Source of the DNA: Eledone cirrhosa
Lineage: Eukaryota
NCBI GenBank assembly: GCA_964016885.1
Contig: OZ024741.1
Location: 268,460,001-268,524,000, forward strand
Direction: 5' to 3'
Length of the DNA stretch: 64,000 nt
This document shows, piece by piece, positions 1 to 13,135 of the stretch. How positions within the stretch are numbered: the first letter of the stretch is position 1; the number at the start of each line of letters is the position of its first letter. Made by a program: the position numbers and the translations under genes. The notes beneath the pieces are model-generated. The model was not told where the DNA came from. It saw only the letters and a program-made list of their open reading frames with translations, and did no database searches.

Positions 1-84
1 ATTTGTTCTAATTTGATGTTTTTCTAAACAGATTCAATATAATCTTGTTGTTCAATTGTTTCACTAATGTTTTCTTTTCTCTCT

Positions 85-265
85 ATATACCATATATACG
101 TTGCACCTTTTCCCACAAAAATACCACATGAAAAACCTGCATGTGACTTATCTACTGGACCTACAAAACCTCGGTTCAGAAAATATGGCACATTGTAAAT
201 GTTATATGTAAAATGAAGGTGCGGTTTACCAACCAGTACAACTTATACTTGAGTATATACGATAA
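85..265. mobile_element. Decayed Tc1/mariner (Tc2/pogo-like) non-autonomous element
   Basis: Ends in ACTTATACTTGAGTATATACGATA, resembling Tc2/pogo-type TIRs; a related copy (ttatctactggacct..aaaacc..., aaaatg.aggtgc) lies at ~54025-54180. Confidence 0.45.
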
Positions 266-477
266 TTCGCATATACGATATTTCGTATATACATGAGTAT
301 TTACGATATTTTGTATATACATAAGTATTTACGATAGTTGTTTCATGTCATTTTATTTTCCTATTTTATCCATGATTTCAAAATAAGTAGCAGGGCTAAT
401 CCTCTTATGATGAATATACCTCCTCATCTTGTAAGTAGCAAACCACTCAAATGGTGTTCTAGTAAAGGAAGTATGTT

Positions 478-668
478 TAGAAAGCAGCGAGCGGAAATTG
501 AAATAGCTTTTGCCGTAAATTCTTTTTGACTAAATAATATAGCCAAATAGCAGGACATATAAATCCACTGAACGTTCAGTGGATTTATATGCCCTATTAT
601 TAGACTATTTTATTTAGTAAAAAAAAAGTTAAGCAAAACTTTCTATTTTAATTTTCGGTTTTCTAATA
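478..668. repeat. Foldback inverted repeat with a perfect 36-bp central palindrome
   Basis: 556-591 CATATAAATCCACTGAACGTTCAGTGGATTTATATG is its own reverse complement; imperfect arms extend ~80 bp each side. Confidence 0.85.
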
Positions 669-2624
669 GTTGCATCAGTGCTGCACACACAAGACACACA
701 GCCTACTTACAACTCTGACAGGAAATCAGTCACCATAACCAGCTGGGAGATATTCATTTACAAACAGAAATTATGCAATATAACCATGTAGAAAAAGAAA
801 AGGATATCATTAAATAATGTATTGAGTGCAACTTCTTGGCTTTGACTAATTTACCCCTACATTTTGGTTCCTTCTAAGAAGAATCAGAATATCATGTTTA
901 CATCGAGCATCCTTCACACGCTGATAAGTGTAAACAATAACTTCCATTTTATGCCTCATATTGTTCATCTGCATAGATTCTGAAAATCTAATTTTGTTGG
1001 GTACTTTCACACATGTTGCTGTCTTGCCATTCATAACTTTAGCATAAATTTAAACAGTTGCTCTTGATGTCAAAAAGAGTCTTTGTCCCTTTAGAGAATT
1101 TTCCTCATAAAATTTCCCAATTATGATCTCTATTCTAGAATGTTTGTAATATGACACTTCATTGGATTTTTCTCCTCTGACCCCATCTCTTATCATCTCA
1201 GGCGTGTTGCATTCTTCACAATTTCTGCTACATTTATCCTTCTTTACAATAATGACCTACACCTCACATGACCCTTCCAACATAAACCTCAGCAATATGT
1301 CTTATGGTAATAAAAGCTATGATACAGTCTCCCCCATTGCTTTTTACCAACTCTCAACTCAAACCATTTCTCTATAAATGCTAGATGATTTATATCTCTG
1401 ATAATCCTCTTGAAGTTTCCAAACTCTTTTCCATAGCATGGCTTTTCTTCTGTGATAGCTGAACAATCATCCACATATTTATTCTGAACTGCATTAAAAA
1501 CAGAAAGCCTTAATATACCAATAATCTTTAACCTCTATTACCAAAGACCCCTTTTATTTAAATGGATTTCTCCATGGGCCTCTTGTTACATTCACTCCCC
1601 ACTCCATATTGTTATATGGTGTGTATAACAATTGGAAGAGAAAAATGTTAGCATTTAGAGAAGAATGGATATCCAATAGTGTGTGCATATTATGTTTTTA
1701 ACAAAGTAATTAAAATGTTGAACTTAACTTGCAAACCCCCTGTACTATCTTCAAGGATCCCAGCCTTGGAACCCCTTTGCTAAATCTGTCTTCCCTATCT
1801 TTGTTTTCTCTAATCCTCATAATTTGTCAACACCATACCTCTCTGCTAGAATGTGTTTATATCCACTTGTCGTCTCACCATTTAAACCCTATACTAAACA
1901 TGTTACACCATTTTTTACATATTAACAACACACAATTTTGACCCTCAAAAATCAATGTGAATGTGGATTCAGAATCTGTGATAATTTCTCTTGTCAACCT
2001 CCCAGTTATAATGTGTACAATCTAGTCACTTGTTGACCCTCTGCAAAGATACAACCTTTGTTATTGCAGTGTTTCTGTTCATATCTGTGGCACAGTGTTA
2101 ATGTTGTACATACATCTTAGACTCACAATAGGGTATTGATGTTTATATCTATGGCACACAGTTGTTGTTGCTACACACACACATCTTAGACCACATTCAA
2201 GTGATTAGAGAAATCTAACTCAACATGCTAAAATGCTATTGCATGGTTTATTTTGGTATTGGGCCAACATTTCACTCTTGCCATTGCTTTGACTTTTAAT
2301 ATCCTGTACCACATGAAACTGCGTTTGCAAGAGATTGTTGAAAAGTTCAAAACACCACTATGTCTGTGTCTAACATTGCACATTTTCATAATCTATCCAC
2401 ATGTTAAGATACAATAAACATTTGAATTGACAAACTCTCCTTTAGATATTTTCTATTAAATCATTACAGGATGTTTAAGAATTAAACATAAACCTCTTCT
2501 GCAGTTTCTACTGTTCTTCTGTTCTACTCAATTAACAATCTATGTATCATATCCACCACTACTGCTACCATCCAACCCAAACCAACCCAGTTTACCTGTC
2601 TCTCCTTAATTCATTGTCTCTACT

Positions 2625-2910
2625 GAGTTTGGAGTTAGTAGAACATTGGATAGAACGCTTTGTGTGTTTTGGTTTTATCTCTCTCTGTTCAAAACCTGCT
2701 GAGGTCAACTTGGCCTTTCATCCTTTCGAGGTGAATAAATAAAGTACCAGTCCAATACTGAGCCTGATCTCTTTTTAACTTCCTCTCCCTTTCTTCTCAG
2801 GAAGAAATCGGCTAAAAGGATGGGCTCCACCATATTTAAATGTCATATGTCACAATGGCACCCCTATAACTCCATCAGTAGTTATAGGTCTATATATACT
2901 GTGTCTGACC
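2625..2910 (+). mobile_element. tRNA-derived SINE (family A) with 3' extension
   Basis: B-box-like GTTCAAA followed by the shared body gaggtcaactt.gcctttcatcctttcg.ggt.ataaataaagtaccagt and the extension ggaagaaatcggct...gatgggctcc. Confidence 0.7.
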
Positions 2911-3339
2911 TATCAGCCCTACCATAAACATTACAGCAACTTCTGAGCTAATTGGTATACCACCACGATCACTGTCACCACCCAGACCTACCCCTATCAT
3001 ACCCTACCATGTCTGATCTTCTAAACCTTGCACTAAGCACTTTTCCAATAAATTCTTCCCAAATCTGTTCTTCCTATCTATGTTTTTGCTACATAAATTT
3101 CAACAGCAGTTGCATTGGTCTCACTAACCTGGGGTTTAAGTATTAATATTTTCCCTATCAAAACTGCTTTCCCCTGTAACTCCCCATAGTCTAGATTTGA
3201 CTTTTGACTTCTAGAAATTTCAACTGAACATCAATTATATCAACTCCTCTTCTGTCATTTTACATCCACCTTTCTATGCTTGCATGGATTGGATAGGTCC
3301 TCCCAAGCATAGCCTCCCTCCACTTGCATCATTCCTTTG

Positions 3340-4270
3340 TCATCTCTTCTGTGAGATCAGCACTAATCACCTCTACACAGGTTTTTCTAGGTCTTCTACT
3401 GCAGCTTCCCTTCCACAGGCACCACCTAGCACTTCTTCACCAAGCATTCCTCATCCGTACTCATCACAAGTCAAAACCAGTACAGTCTTCTCTTTTGCAC
3501 ACTACATCTGATTCCACTTGTACCCAGTTTTTCTCTCAGTTCATTCATGCCCTGTTATTCACACACACATTAACATTGCATATTCAGTGTAGCATGTTTG
3601 CTTAATTTCTCTCCAACCTCCATATCTCTCTACATTTATCACCCATATCTCACTGCCATAAAACATTGCATTTCTTAGGCAGCTATCATACAATCTACCA
3701 TTCACTCTTACAGAAAATCCCTTTGTTGTGAACAGAGGTAGTAGTTCCATAAACTTTTTCTAGTCTGTTCTTATTCTAGCTATTATGATTTCAGAACAAG
3801 CCTCTCCACTGCTAATTAAGTCACCTAAGTATCAGAAACTATCAACTAATTCTATGGTACCTTTCTGTGATTTGAAAAAAGTTTATACCTCAAGGTATTT
3901 TTGTGTATCTCACAAAGTTTATATTTTCTGTTAGTCTGCTTACAACCCCACTACATATCATGCATTGAGTATATAATATAGAGTTCTTATCTACTCCTTT
4001 TCTACATGCTGAGCATGGCCACTTCCCTGATAGGATTGTAGTCTTGTCTCCTTTTTTTACTTACTAAAACTTTGGTCTTTGCTAGGTTTACTCTGAGCCC
4101 TTCTGTTTTTACAACAGGATTTTCTTCTCAAGCTTTTCCACAGATTCAGCTTTACAGAAATGCTTGGAGAACTACAATAAGCAGGTGAGGACTGAGAACT
4201 GAGCCTCGATGAATACCCACTTATGCATTTAGCATTTAGTTCCTCACTAAAATTGTTGCATACTTTCACT
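3340..4270 (-). mobile_element. Decayed RTE-clade LINE fragment (RT C-terminal part)
   Basis: ORF 3559-3750 ELLPLFTTKGFSVRVNGRLYDSCLRNAMFYGSEIW matches the intact RTE copies ([35 protein letters not shown]); GKWPCS-like and QGSVLS-like remnants at ~4020 and ~4200. Confidence 0.85.
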
Positions 4271-5169
4271 TTACAATGGAAAACACCAATCATCTGATGA
4301 CTTTATACCTGAGACCTTGATATGTCTCTTGAGACCATTGATCTTCTGGAAAGCTTCTCTGATTTCAGGACATGACAGGTTCTGTGTGAAAAGTTATAAA
4401 ATGCAAAGTCCCCTTCTTTGTTTGTCCAATCCTTTAAGGTAAAGTTTTCAAACATACATCACCCGAGCCTATAAATAGAAGGTTCAGTCATAACATTGGT
4501 CTGAGGCCTGGAGAAACATCTGATGGCCATATCCCTTAGAAAGGAATCTCTTGACTCCCTTGAATTTTTAGAGGGGCTTGTAAGGGTGTGGGTTGTGGTG
4601 GTCTGAAAGTAGTTTTGTTCTGCCTTGTAAAATTTCTCTTTGAGGCTCTGTACATCAGTGGAGTTTATATTGCAATGTAATCTATCATGCATGAACAATA
4701 TTAATGCTATTTCTTATGCAGCATATGAAGTTTAGATATAGATGCAAAGGAAAATCTCATTGGTCAGATGACTGTGTCTCACTCTTATGTTCCATTCTTG
4801 TATGGCTTCTACGGTACAGAGTGTACTGGGTGCATTTTATCATGGCATCTGCACTACCACTTCACAGAGTAGGTTGGGTGCATTTTGTTGTAGCACCAAC
4901 ACAAACACTTAACACAGTTTGGTGAGTACATTTTATGTTAGGTTGATATTGATAAAATTTTAGTTGAATTTTTTTCTTAGTACTATTTCCATTCTATGAT
5001 AACTGCTTGAGAAACTGAGGAACTTGATATTTGATCTTGTTAACCTTAAGAAACCCTTTTTGGGCTGACCTAGATATAAGCTTTGAAATACCTTGAAACA
5101 CTAGATTCTACAACAGTGGGTAGTAAAACCTGTGCAAGAGTAAATAATAAAGACCCCCCCCCCCCCTCC

Positions 5170-5505
5170 TGGTCACAAATGACCATGGATTTTGCAATTA
5201 GACAGTTCTTCTACAAGGAACAAGCTGAGGCAAGGTTTGCTTTTTCCTTTTTGGTAGACCAGTAGACGCCTTTGCATACCAGTTTTCCCTTTCCACACCA
5301 CTGATATTGTCCAAGAGAAAGGCAAAGGCCAATACAGCTTGGGATCAGAGAAATCGCAACTCATTTCTACAGCTGAGTGAACTGGAGTAATGTGAAATAA
5401 CATGTCTTGTTCAAGGACACAATGTATAGACTGGTCCAAGAATCAAACTCACAACCTCACCATTGTGAATCCAAATCTCTAACTACTAAGCTTCATGTCT
5501 TCACT
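5170..5505 (-). mobile_element. tRNA-derived SINE (family B)
   Basis: Minus strand starts with an A/B-box-like head (tagtagttagag...gtgagtttgattc); 5316-5395 recurs almost identically at 6938-7015; related heads at 53090 and 53449. Confidence 0.65.
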
Positions 5506-6214
5506 ATAAAAGCTGTACAGTAACTACTCATAAATGCATAGATAATAGTGTTTTTTTCTTTAAGCTACTGCAATGAAAATAGGACATTAAATGTTAAAAA
5601 TAATGATAACAAAGTTGTTAGAATGTTATCTTGGAGGTGTTTAATTAGTCCTTAACATTTTGGGATAAAATCCCTTTGTTAAAAGAAAGGTTAAGGAAAC
5701 TAATTTGGAGCTGGGTACCTAGTGTTGTTATGCTGGCATTTTTTATTCTGAAAGTGGTGATTTTTTTTTTTTTTAAAACTCTGGAAGTGGTGAAGGGATC
5801 ATATGGTATGTGTTCACTATTTTCTACTTTCTACAATACTTCTAGCAAACTACTACACCCTTTTATATAAATGCATGTTTGACTATGCAAATCAGAGTTT
5901 GAAGTGCATCAGGAATGTGAGCTGTCTCTTCCTCGTTGTTATTGTTGTACTAACAGTGTTTTGGAAACTACTTTATGCTTAAACTGTATTAGTGGTTGCT
6001 ACTATGATAGTAGTTGAAGTACCATCATATTTAGGGACCACTTTAATTGTGTTAATAGTTGATAGGACTGTTGATCAGAGAATTATGTTTTTCATTGAAA
6101 AATATCTTGAGTCGGCATGTCTAATATCAACATTAAATTCTTTAGATATGACACTACAGCAAATGGCATATGAATGATTGTAGAGATGGAGTGGTGGTTG
6201 TAATTGCAGTGATA

Positions 6215-6455
6215 AGGTAACAACAAATTGACAGGGTCATTAGAACATAGGACATAATGCTTTGATGTATCCATCTCGACTTTCTGCACTCTGAGTTCAA
6301 ATCCCATTGAGGTCAGCTTTGCCTTTCCTCCTTTCATGTTTGATAAAATAAAGTACCATTCCAGAGCAGTGAATTGACAGAATTGTTAGTGTCAAACGAG
6401 ACATCTTGCAGTATTTATTCTGGCCCTTTGTGTTCTGGCTTCAAATCACATTGGG
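6215..6455 (+). mobile_element. Two adjacent decayed family-A SINE copies
   Basis: ctgagttcaaatccc...gcctttc.tcctttc...gataaaataaagtacca, followed by a second head gtgaattgacagaattgttag. Confidence 0.65.
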
Positions 6456-6654
6456 GGCCCTACACTGTATATTAGGAGACTTAATCTGTCACAAGGTTTA
6501 AGACCAGCACTTGGTCTCTTGGTACCTTTAGTGGAGTTCACTTTGTTGCAAGCATTCAGGTCAGGTCTTCAGTTTGAGGAATCCCTCTTCCCTCTTTTTC
6601 ACAATTCATAAACGCTCCAAAAGAGTCAAGAACATTGTCCTTCCATTTGTTACT

Positions 6655-6798
6655 AAACAGTATGTATATATTGGAACTGTACACTCCCATTGCAGTCAGA
6701 GGTGCTGTAGTGACATACAGCATGTTTGGGCATTTTATAACTTGACAGCCCATCACTCTCCAGGTTTGAACATAGTCGATTTCTTCCAGAGAAGAAGC

Positions 6799-6829
<31 letters not shown>

Positions 6830-7105
6830 TAGGCAGGAAGTGAGAAAAAGATATAGATGAAGAATTGACTCTAGTACTGGATTGGTACATTTAAAAAAAA
6901 AATCAACCTTGAAAGGATGAAAGACAAAGTTGACCAAGAGAAAAGCAAAGGCCAATACAGTTTGGGATCAGAGACATCGCAACTCATTTCTACAGCTGAG
7001 TGAACTGGAGTAATGTTGTTAGGTTTTTAACTCAGTGCAGAGAACTGGAATGAATATCACAAAGTATTCCATCTGATGTTCTAACGACAGTCAATTCATT
7101 GCCCT
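6655..7105 (-). mobile_element. Family-A SINE with 3' extension, interrupted by a family-B fragment
   Basis: Reverse complement of the family-A body (aaaggatgaaa.acaaagttgacc) and extension; 6938-7015 duplicates 5316-5395. Confidence 0.6.
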
Positions 7106-7515
7106 GACTAAACAGCAAAAAAGAAAAATATGTTAGAAATAACTGCTTTAATGATTGCATTCAGAAAATACCTTTGTGTGTCTATGTAATGACAGTAGCA
7201 GTTTCAGGATTAGAACAGTATTTTAAAATTATCTCACAGACAACACATCACCTCATTTCCTAGATATGGAAAAAAGAGCTAACCCTTTTTATAGCAATCT
7301 GCTTGAAACTGTTCTGCAAAATAAAACTATTTAATTTTTAAGTGTTTGTATTTATTTAAAATCGTCTCATCATAGTTTTATGTAAGAACCCTTGTTAAAT
7401 AATCTTCCAAACATCAGCTTGATAATGAGAAAGTTAGTTATATTCTTTTATCCCTAACTCCTGGTGTAGTCATTGAGGCACTATAGTGATATGCAGCATT
7501 TATTTGGCATTTTAA

Positions 7516-7731
7516 CCCTTTAGTATTTACATTACTCTATATATATTACTGTATTTTTGTGGTAAAGGCTTTACCTGACATAATTATCCCACATAATATT
7601 GAATCTGACATTTTGATATTTATTTTGAGAACAATACCTTAACATCAGTATGAACAGCTGGTTATAGCCGGTTTGAACAGAAAGAGGTGAGAGAACTCTG
7701 GCTGGATACGACCAGTTTAAATGCTAAAGGG
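7516..7731. mobile_element. piggyBac-like MITE with TTAA target-site duplication
   Basis: TTAA|CCCTTTAGTATTTA ... TAAATGCTAAAGGG|TTAA; nested inside a family-A SINE extension. Confidence 0.85.
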
Positions 7732-7735
7732 TTAA

Positions 7736-7997
7736 AACTGGCAGAGCCCATCCGCTCTCTTCATGTTTGAATACAGCTGATTTCTTCCACTGAAAGTAAG
7801 AGTGATAGAGAGGAAGTGGAAAAGAAATATGGAGGAAGAATCAACCCTTAGTATTGGACTGCTATTTTTTTTATTGACATTGAAAGGATGAAAAGCAAAA
7901 TTGACTCTGGGGGAATTTGAACTCAGAGCACATAGCCAGAATGAATGTTGCAAAGCATTCTATCTGATGTTCTTACAACTCTGCCAATTCACTGCCA
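7736..7997 (-). mobile_element. Family-A SINE with 3' extension (host of the MITE at 7516)
   Basis: aaaggatgaaaagcaaaattgactc...gaatttgaactcag...ctgccaattcac is the reverse complement of the family-A consensus; the extension resumes at ~7465-7511. Confidence 0.7.
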
Positions 7998-8085
7998 ATT
8001 ATATTATACAATACCTCTAAATGCTCTATTATATGAAAATCATAGACAGTGTCTTTCATTAGAAATATGGTATTAAAAGGGGTAA

Positions 8086-8303
8086 CCCTTTAGCATTTAC
8101 ATTACTCTGTTTTCTAACATATTTTCACGCTGAAAACTTTACCTCACATAATAATCTCACATAATATTGATTCTATGAGATTTTGATATTATTTATTTTG
8201 AGAACAATACCTTAACATAGTATGAGTGGCTAGTTACAGCCAGTTTGAATAGAAAAAGGTGAGAGAATTCTGGCCGGATATGGCCAGTTTAAATGCTAAA
8301 GGG
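8086..8303. mobile_element. piggyBac-like MITE, second copy
   Basis: CCCTTTAGCATTTA ... TAAATGCTAAAGGG|TTAA; internal sequence colinear with 7516-7731. Confidence 0.85.
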
Positions 8304-8325
8304 TTAATAACCCATAGCTCATGAG

Positions 8326-8560
8326 GGTAAGGCAGCAAATTGGCAGAGTTATTGGGTTAAATGCTTTGTGGTATTTATTACAGCTCTTTGTGCATTGAAT
8401 TCAATTCCACCAATGTCAACTTTATCTTTCACTCTTTTGGGGTTGATAAATACGTAATGAACCAGTCCTGGAGTGGTGAATTAGCGGAATTATTAGAACA
8501 TTGGATGGGATGCATTTGGTATCTGTCCTGGCTCTTTGGGTTTTTGAGTTCAAATCCCAC
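8326..8560 (+). mobile_element. Two decayed family-A SINE copies
   Basis: ggcagcaaattggcagag...gaattcaaattcc...ggggttgataaata, then a second head ggtgaattagcggaatt...gagttcaaatccc. Confidence 0.6.
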
Positions 8561-8844
8561 ACCCTCTGCAAATGTGGCAAGTAATGGTGACCTATCACGT
8601 TTACTTTTGCCTATACTCTGAAATGACTACAGAAATGGCATTGCTCTACTGTGAGAGAAGCCATGCTCTAAAGAGAGCCTGCTATGATGCAGATGTATGT
8701 ATATAGGTTGCTGGAAGAGAGACTCAGTTTCCACCTGCTTTTTGACATATCCATAAATGATGGCACAGCTTGAAGTATCACAACATCAAACTTGCACTAA
8801 CACAATACTGAAAAGAAAGGAGGAAAGTATGATCACATCAATCT

Positions 8845-9438
8845 TAACCCTTTTAATCTTCTGAAACTACCCTCGATTTATGATACAAAACTACTCATTT
8901 TAAAATGTTTATCCTTATATTAAAACCTTCCATTATAAATTTATTTTAGAAATTTTGGGGAAGTAATTCTCTAAATTACTTCACTACACTAATGAAACAA
9001 TTATTTTATTAAATTCCTCCAAATGTTTAGTTATTTGCAAAATTTATTGAAACACAAAGGCAGTGCTTTTCATTAGATATATGGTAATGAAAGGCTTAAT
9101 ATTAATAGTCTTGAAGGGCCTGATAAGAAAAATTTGTCTTTACATCTTAAGAGTAGCAATTGATGTTAAAAGTGTAATAGTGTTAATATTTCATTGTAAA
9201 AAAACAAATTATTATATATTTTAAAACCTTTAAACATGAAGTTACCTGTGACTGCCCTTGTTCTATGATAGTGTTCATATTTAAATAAAAAAAAACCTTC
9301 CATCATAAATGTGTGTATGTTGCAGACACCAGTTTATTGAAAAATTTTGTTATTTCACCAAATCCTCCCCAAACTTTTTATTTATAAATTAATTAAAACA
9401 GTCTATTTCATTAAAAAAAATGGTCATAAAAGGGTTAA
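8845..9438. mobile_element. Two decayed copies of a second TTAA-CCC..GGG-TTAA MITE family
   Basis: ttaacccttt at 8844; ggtaatgaaaggcttaa at ~9100 and ggtcataaaagggttaa at ~9437; shared internal aaaaccttccat.ataaat; opposite-orientation relatives near 14100-14340, 45148 and 53724. Confidence 0.5.
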
Positions 9439-10239
9439 TTTAAGTACTTTTTGTTTTATTTATGACACTATTTCTATAATGAATGTTTTTTTGTTATTGG
9501 AAGTTTAAAAAAATGTAAAATATAAATAAAAAGAACCTGAAGCTATTAAAAATTTAATTGTAGATTCTAGTCAAACTTTGAAATTAAACATTAAATGTTT
9601 ACTATGATTAAATATATTTTATTGAGCACAAAATGAAAATATGTCCTAAAGTATTTTAATTCCATGGGATAAATTATTAAATCTCATTGGTTTATAAAAA
9701 AAAAAACCCTCCAAAACAGGAATATGTTTTCATTCAAGAAGTGAAAGTGCTTTGTAGTTTTAACAGTAAAATGTAAATTGGATGATAATTAATTCTAACG
9801 TAGCTTGATGAAATATTAATTAGATGAAAATTTCTGCTTAGATGAGAAGTCATCCCAAATAAAGTCTAAAAATATCAGCTTCAATGGACTGTTAAATCTA
9901 TGCCATTGTTTAATGTAGAATAATAGAAAGTTGATTTATGGCATGACTGAGCAGAGATGGAACCTGCTAACTCTGCACACCAACAGATAGCGCTCTATAT
10001 AAACAGTTCTCTATTTAGTAGCCGTGTTTTAATTGATTACCATTAGTGTTTCTTATTACTACTAGTGTGTGGCCTACACTTGACTCACAAAATTGTTCTA
10101 CTATAAAAGCTTGCAGAGCACTGATGGGAAATGCGTTTTATAATTTTATTGATTATGGTGGATGTTATGAAATGTGAGAAGAAAAACCAGTAAACATCAT
10201 AGGATGAAAATACAGCTTCTATACAACAAATTCTTTTAT

Positions 10240-10580
10240 TCTTTTACTGGTTTCAGTCATTGAACTATGGCCATGCTAGGGCGCTGCTTTTAAGGGTTTG
10301 GCTCATATCAATTCAAGATGAGGATACACATACTATACAACAAATCCTTTTACTGGTTCCAGTCATTGGACTGGTCATGCTGGGGCACTGCTTTCAAGTT
10401 TGTTCAGCCCCTGTACTTATTTTAGAGTCTGATACATATTTCATTGATCTCATCAAACTGCTAAGTTACAGAACAACCATCCAGCACTGGTTATGTGGTG
10501 TAGATGTAAACCCACACATACACACACGTGACAGGCTTCTGCAAAGTTTCTGTCTACCAAATTTAACTCATAAATCATTG
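10240..10580 (-). mobile_element. SINE-like repeat (family C), partly duplicated
   Basis: ttttactggttt.agtcatt.gact..gg.catgct.ggg occurs twice here (10241, 10348) and again at ~52801. Confidence 0.55.
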
Positions 10581-11519
10581 AAAGAACATGTAATTCTTTA
10601 AGGCAATCTAAAGCATTTCATTGTTATTCCCGGAGTATATTGATCTTATTTGTTCTTTAGCATAAGGAAATTTCTATTTTTTGTTCTGATAACATTTCTG
10701 TAGCTATTAAAAATTCAATACAAAATCTTTTATAAAATGGAGGCAGCAATTGTCTGAAAATGAATATGTTTAATTAAAATAAAACAGAACTGTCATTTTT
10801 ATTTGTACCTCAACATCTAGATTTTTCTTAAAATCTAGATGTTGGTTTTAAATTACATCTGAGTGAATTAAGTTTGTTGTAATAATAATTTAATATTCCT
10901 AGAATCAGTTGTTGCATATATCTGAATTATATTTATAATCAGCTCTCTAATTAATACAATAAACATCATTTCAATTCAAAGAGTAAAGAATTTTGGTAAA
11001 TGATTTATTAGTGGCTTTTTTTTTTTTCAAAAATATTTAAATTATATATACATGTGTATAAGATACTAATATATGTCACTACGAAAATATGACATAAAAA
11101 TCGGCATACAACTTATCTTCCAGCACATTTCCTTTACCATCCCCCAGGGAAACACCTCCATTCTGTCCGCCGGGGCCGTGGGGCGGCCAGCACATGGGAC
11201 CCCATTTGCTCATTGAGAGAGGTGGGGATGGCGAGAGAGATGGAGGCGATGACAGTGGGATTTCGGCTCTTCTGTGTTCGGACCTAGTGTGCAGCGTCAG
11301 TTGTCCGTAAGGAGGTAGTGATTCATAATTACTTATAACTAGCCGACTCATTTATACTCTGTCATCTTTTAGTCATCTTTTAACACTGCTCTATCCTAAA
11401 TAATAAATAACCTATCTACTGGATTTACAAATGCTTAATTCAAATCAATTTCTGAGCCAAGAGTTATATGTAAATGAAGGTGTGATTGGACTAGCTGTGT
11501 GATAGCATACACATGAGTA

Positions 11520-11690
11520 CCGGGGTGCTGAAAAGTTCCTGGCTTTGGGTAAAAGAAAATACAGGAGGATCAGTTAATTATGATTTTATTCAACATATTC
11601 CACCCTCGGATTCACACACTTATTGCATGTAAAGGTAACAGCTCTACCCTTTCACACTACCCTTATATTATACTTTTCAGCACCCAAGAT
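11520..11690. mobile_element. Mariner-type MITE
   Basis: TIRs GGGTGCTGAAAAGT (~11523) and ACTTTTCAGCACCC (~11672-11685), flanked by TA; internal ttttattcaacatattccacc resembles mariner ends. Confidence 0.65.
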
Positions 11691-12039
11691 ATTAAATACT
11701 GAAACCAAAAATACACTTTTTTCCTTATTTTAGTATCCATAGTGATTGATTGTTGTTATAGTTATTTTCTACAATTAGAACTCTCACATCTTCAAGTTAC
11801 AAACACTCTCAGCACTTTCATAATCCATAAGGTTTATTTTCTATGTTTCATTGTTGTGATTTACTACTGAATAGTATTTATAAGTTTACCATTTGAAGCC
11901 TAACTTACCAACCCATCCTCATGTGTACAGTTCTCAATCTTGGTCATTCTGATGAAAATCACTGCAAAAAAAAAAAAAAATTATCCATTAAACTGGGAAA
12001 AAATGTAGGAAACTTGAACTCACGTTAAAGCAATGATGT

Positions 12040-12360
12040 AAAACGACTGCTGATTCTAGTAAACAGAAGTGCACCATAGAATAGAGTACTTGGGTGTCAA
12101 ACATCTTTGATACTGGAATATTAGATTGGTAGGAAAGAATTGCTGGACAGATTTTTATGAGTAAAAGCAACCAGCAAGGAGACCTAGAGTCAGACCCTGA
12201 GCAAGATGGTTGGATAACATCCATGAGCTTGGCTAGTCTTGCTTGGGGATCCAGCCAGATCAGTTGGATATGTTTGCTTCTGACAGGACCTGCTGGAAGG
12301 AGTGTTTGAGGATTCTGCCCCCACAACCCTCTCAGGAATAAAAGTGGGCGAAGAAAGGGT
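12040..12360 (+). mobile_element. Rex3/Expander-like RTE LINE 3' fragment
   Basis: Broken frame RRPRVRP.ARWLDNIHELG.S.LGIQPDQLD...CWKECLRILPPQPSQE resembles the Rex3 C-terminus; paralog at 46640-47090. Confidence 0.7.
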
Positions 12361-12521
12361 TCAAAAGATTAAATATGTCATGTATCTGTCATAGACTTTT
12401 AGTTAAAGTGAAATTGTGGTTCATTTAGGTTTTTTCTTTTTTACATAACATCTCAATTGTAATAATTTTGCATTCATAACAAAATTGTCTTCTGTTCAAT
12501 AAATGGAAGTTTTATTTTATA

Positions 12522-13135
12522 CTAGCAGTGGTATCGGCATTGCATGCGATAAGGTATTTTGGAACGCGGGCCGCCAACAGACCTAATCGTGGAAAAACTG
12601 CATGCTTGGACAATATGTAAAGAAAATAAACTGAATACACTGATGGCTGGATAATCTTTAAGATTTTCCTCGATGAAGCAGGAAAAATGCAGGTTTTCAC
12701 CTAATGCACCCCCTAGAGGATCAAGAAAATGAATTTTGTTTATGTACATAATATGCCTTGAAATTTCGGGAAAATCGGCTACACGTAACACCTCAAAAAA
12801 GCCCTAAAAGGGTGAAAAAAAAATGAAGTTTTTCACTTAATGTGGGCCCTAGGCCATAAAAAAGTTGGATTTTCTTTGCTCACGGTATGTAGAAGAGACT
12901 GTCTAATACATAGTTACAATTTCAAGGAAATTGGTCTGACGTAACGCCTCAAAAAACCCCTAAAAAGCTGAAAAATGCAGTTTTTCACCTAAGGGGATAA
13001 AAGAGTTGAATTTTATGTGCATAACACTCTCTGAAAGTAATACACATGTAAAGTTTAAAAAAAATCGGTTGGGTACTTCTCGAGTTTTAGGGATTCAAAC
13101 TCACAGATAGACATCCTCAGTTTTATATATATAGA
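12522..13135 (-). mobile_element. Non-autonomous Helitron, family 1, full length
   Basis: Minus strand begins TCTATATAT at 13135 and ends in a subterminal hairpin (cgcatgcaatgccg) plus CTAG|T at 12522; second copy at 61296. Confidence 0.8.

Noticed and set aside
705-750. Possible 32-nt minus-strand micro-exon (CAG|...|GTAAGT)
   Set aside because: Splice-like signals alone are expected by chance; no partner exons were identified.
1080-1560. Possible very old LINE remnant (YVDD-like motif on the minus strand)
   Set aside because: Too decayed to support by eye.
4459-4698. 79-aa ORF or possible minus-strand exon
   Set aside because: No recognisable domain, and the frame stops just before the plausible donor site.
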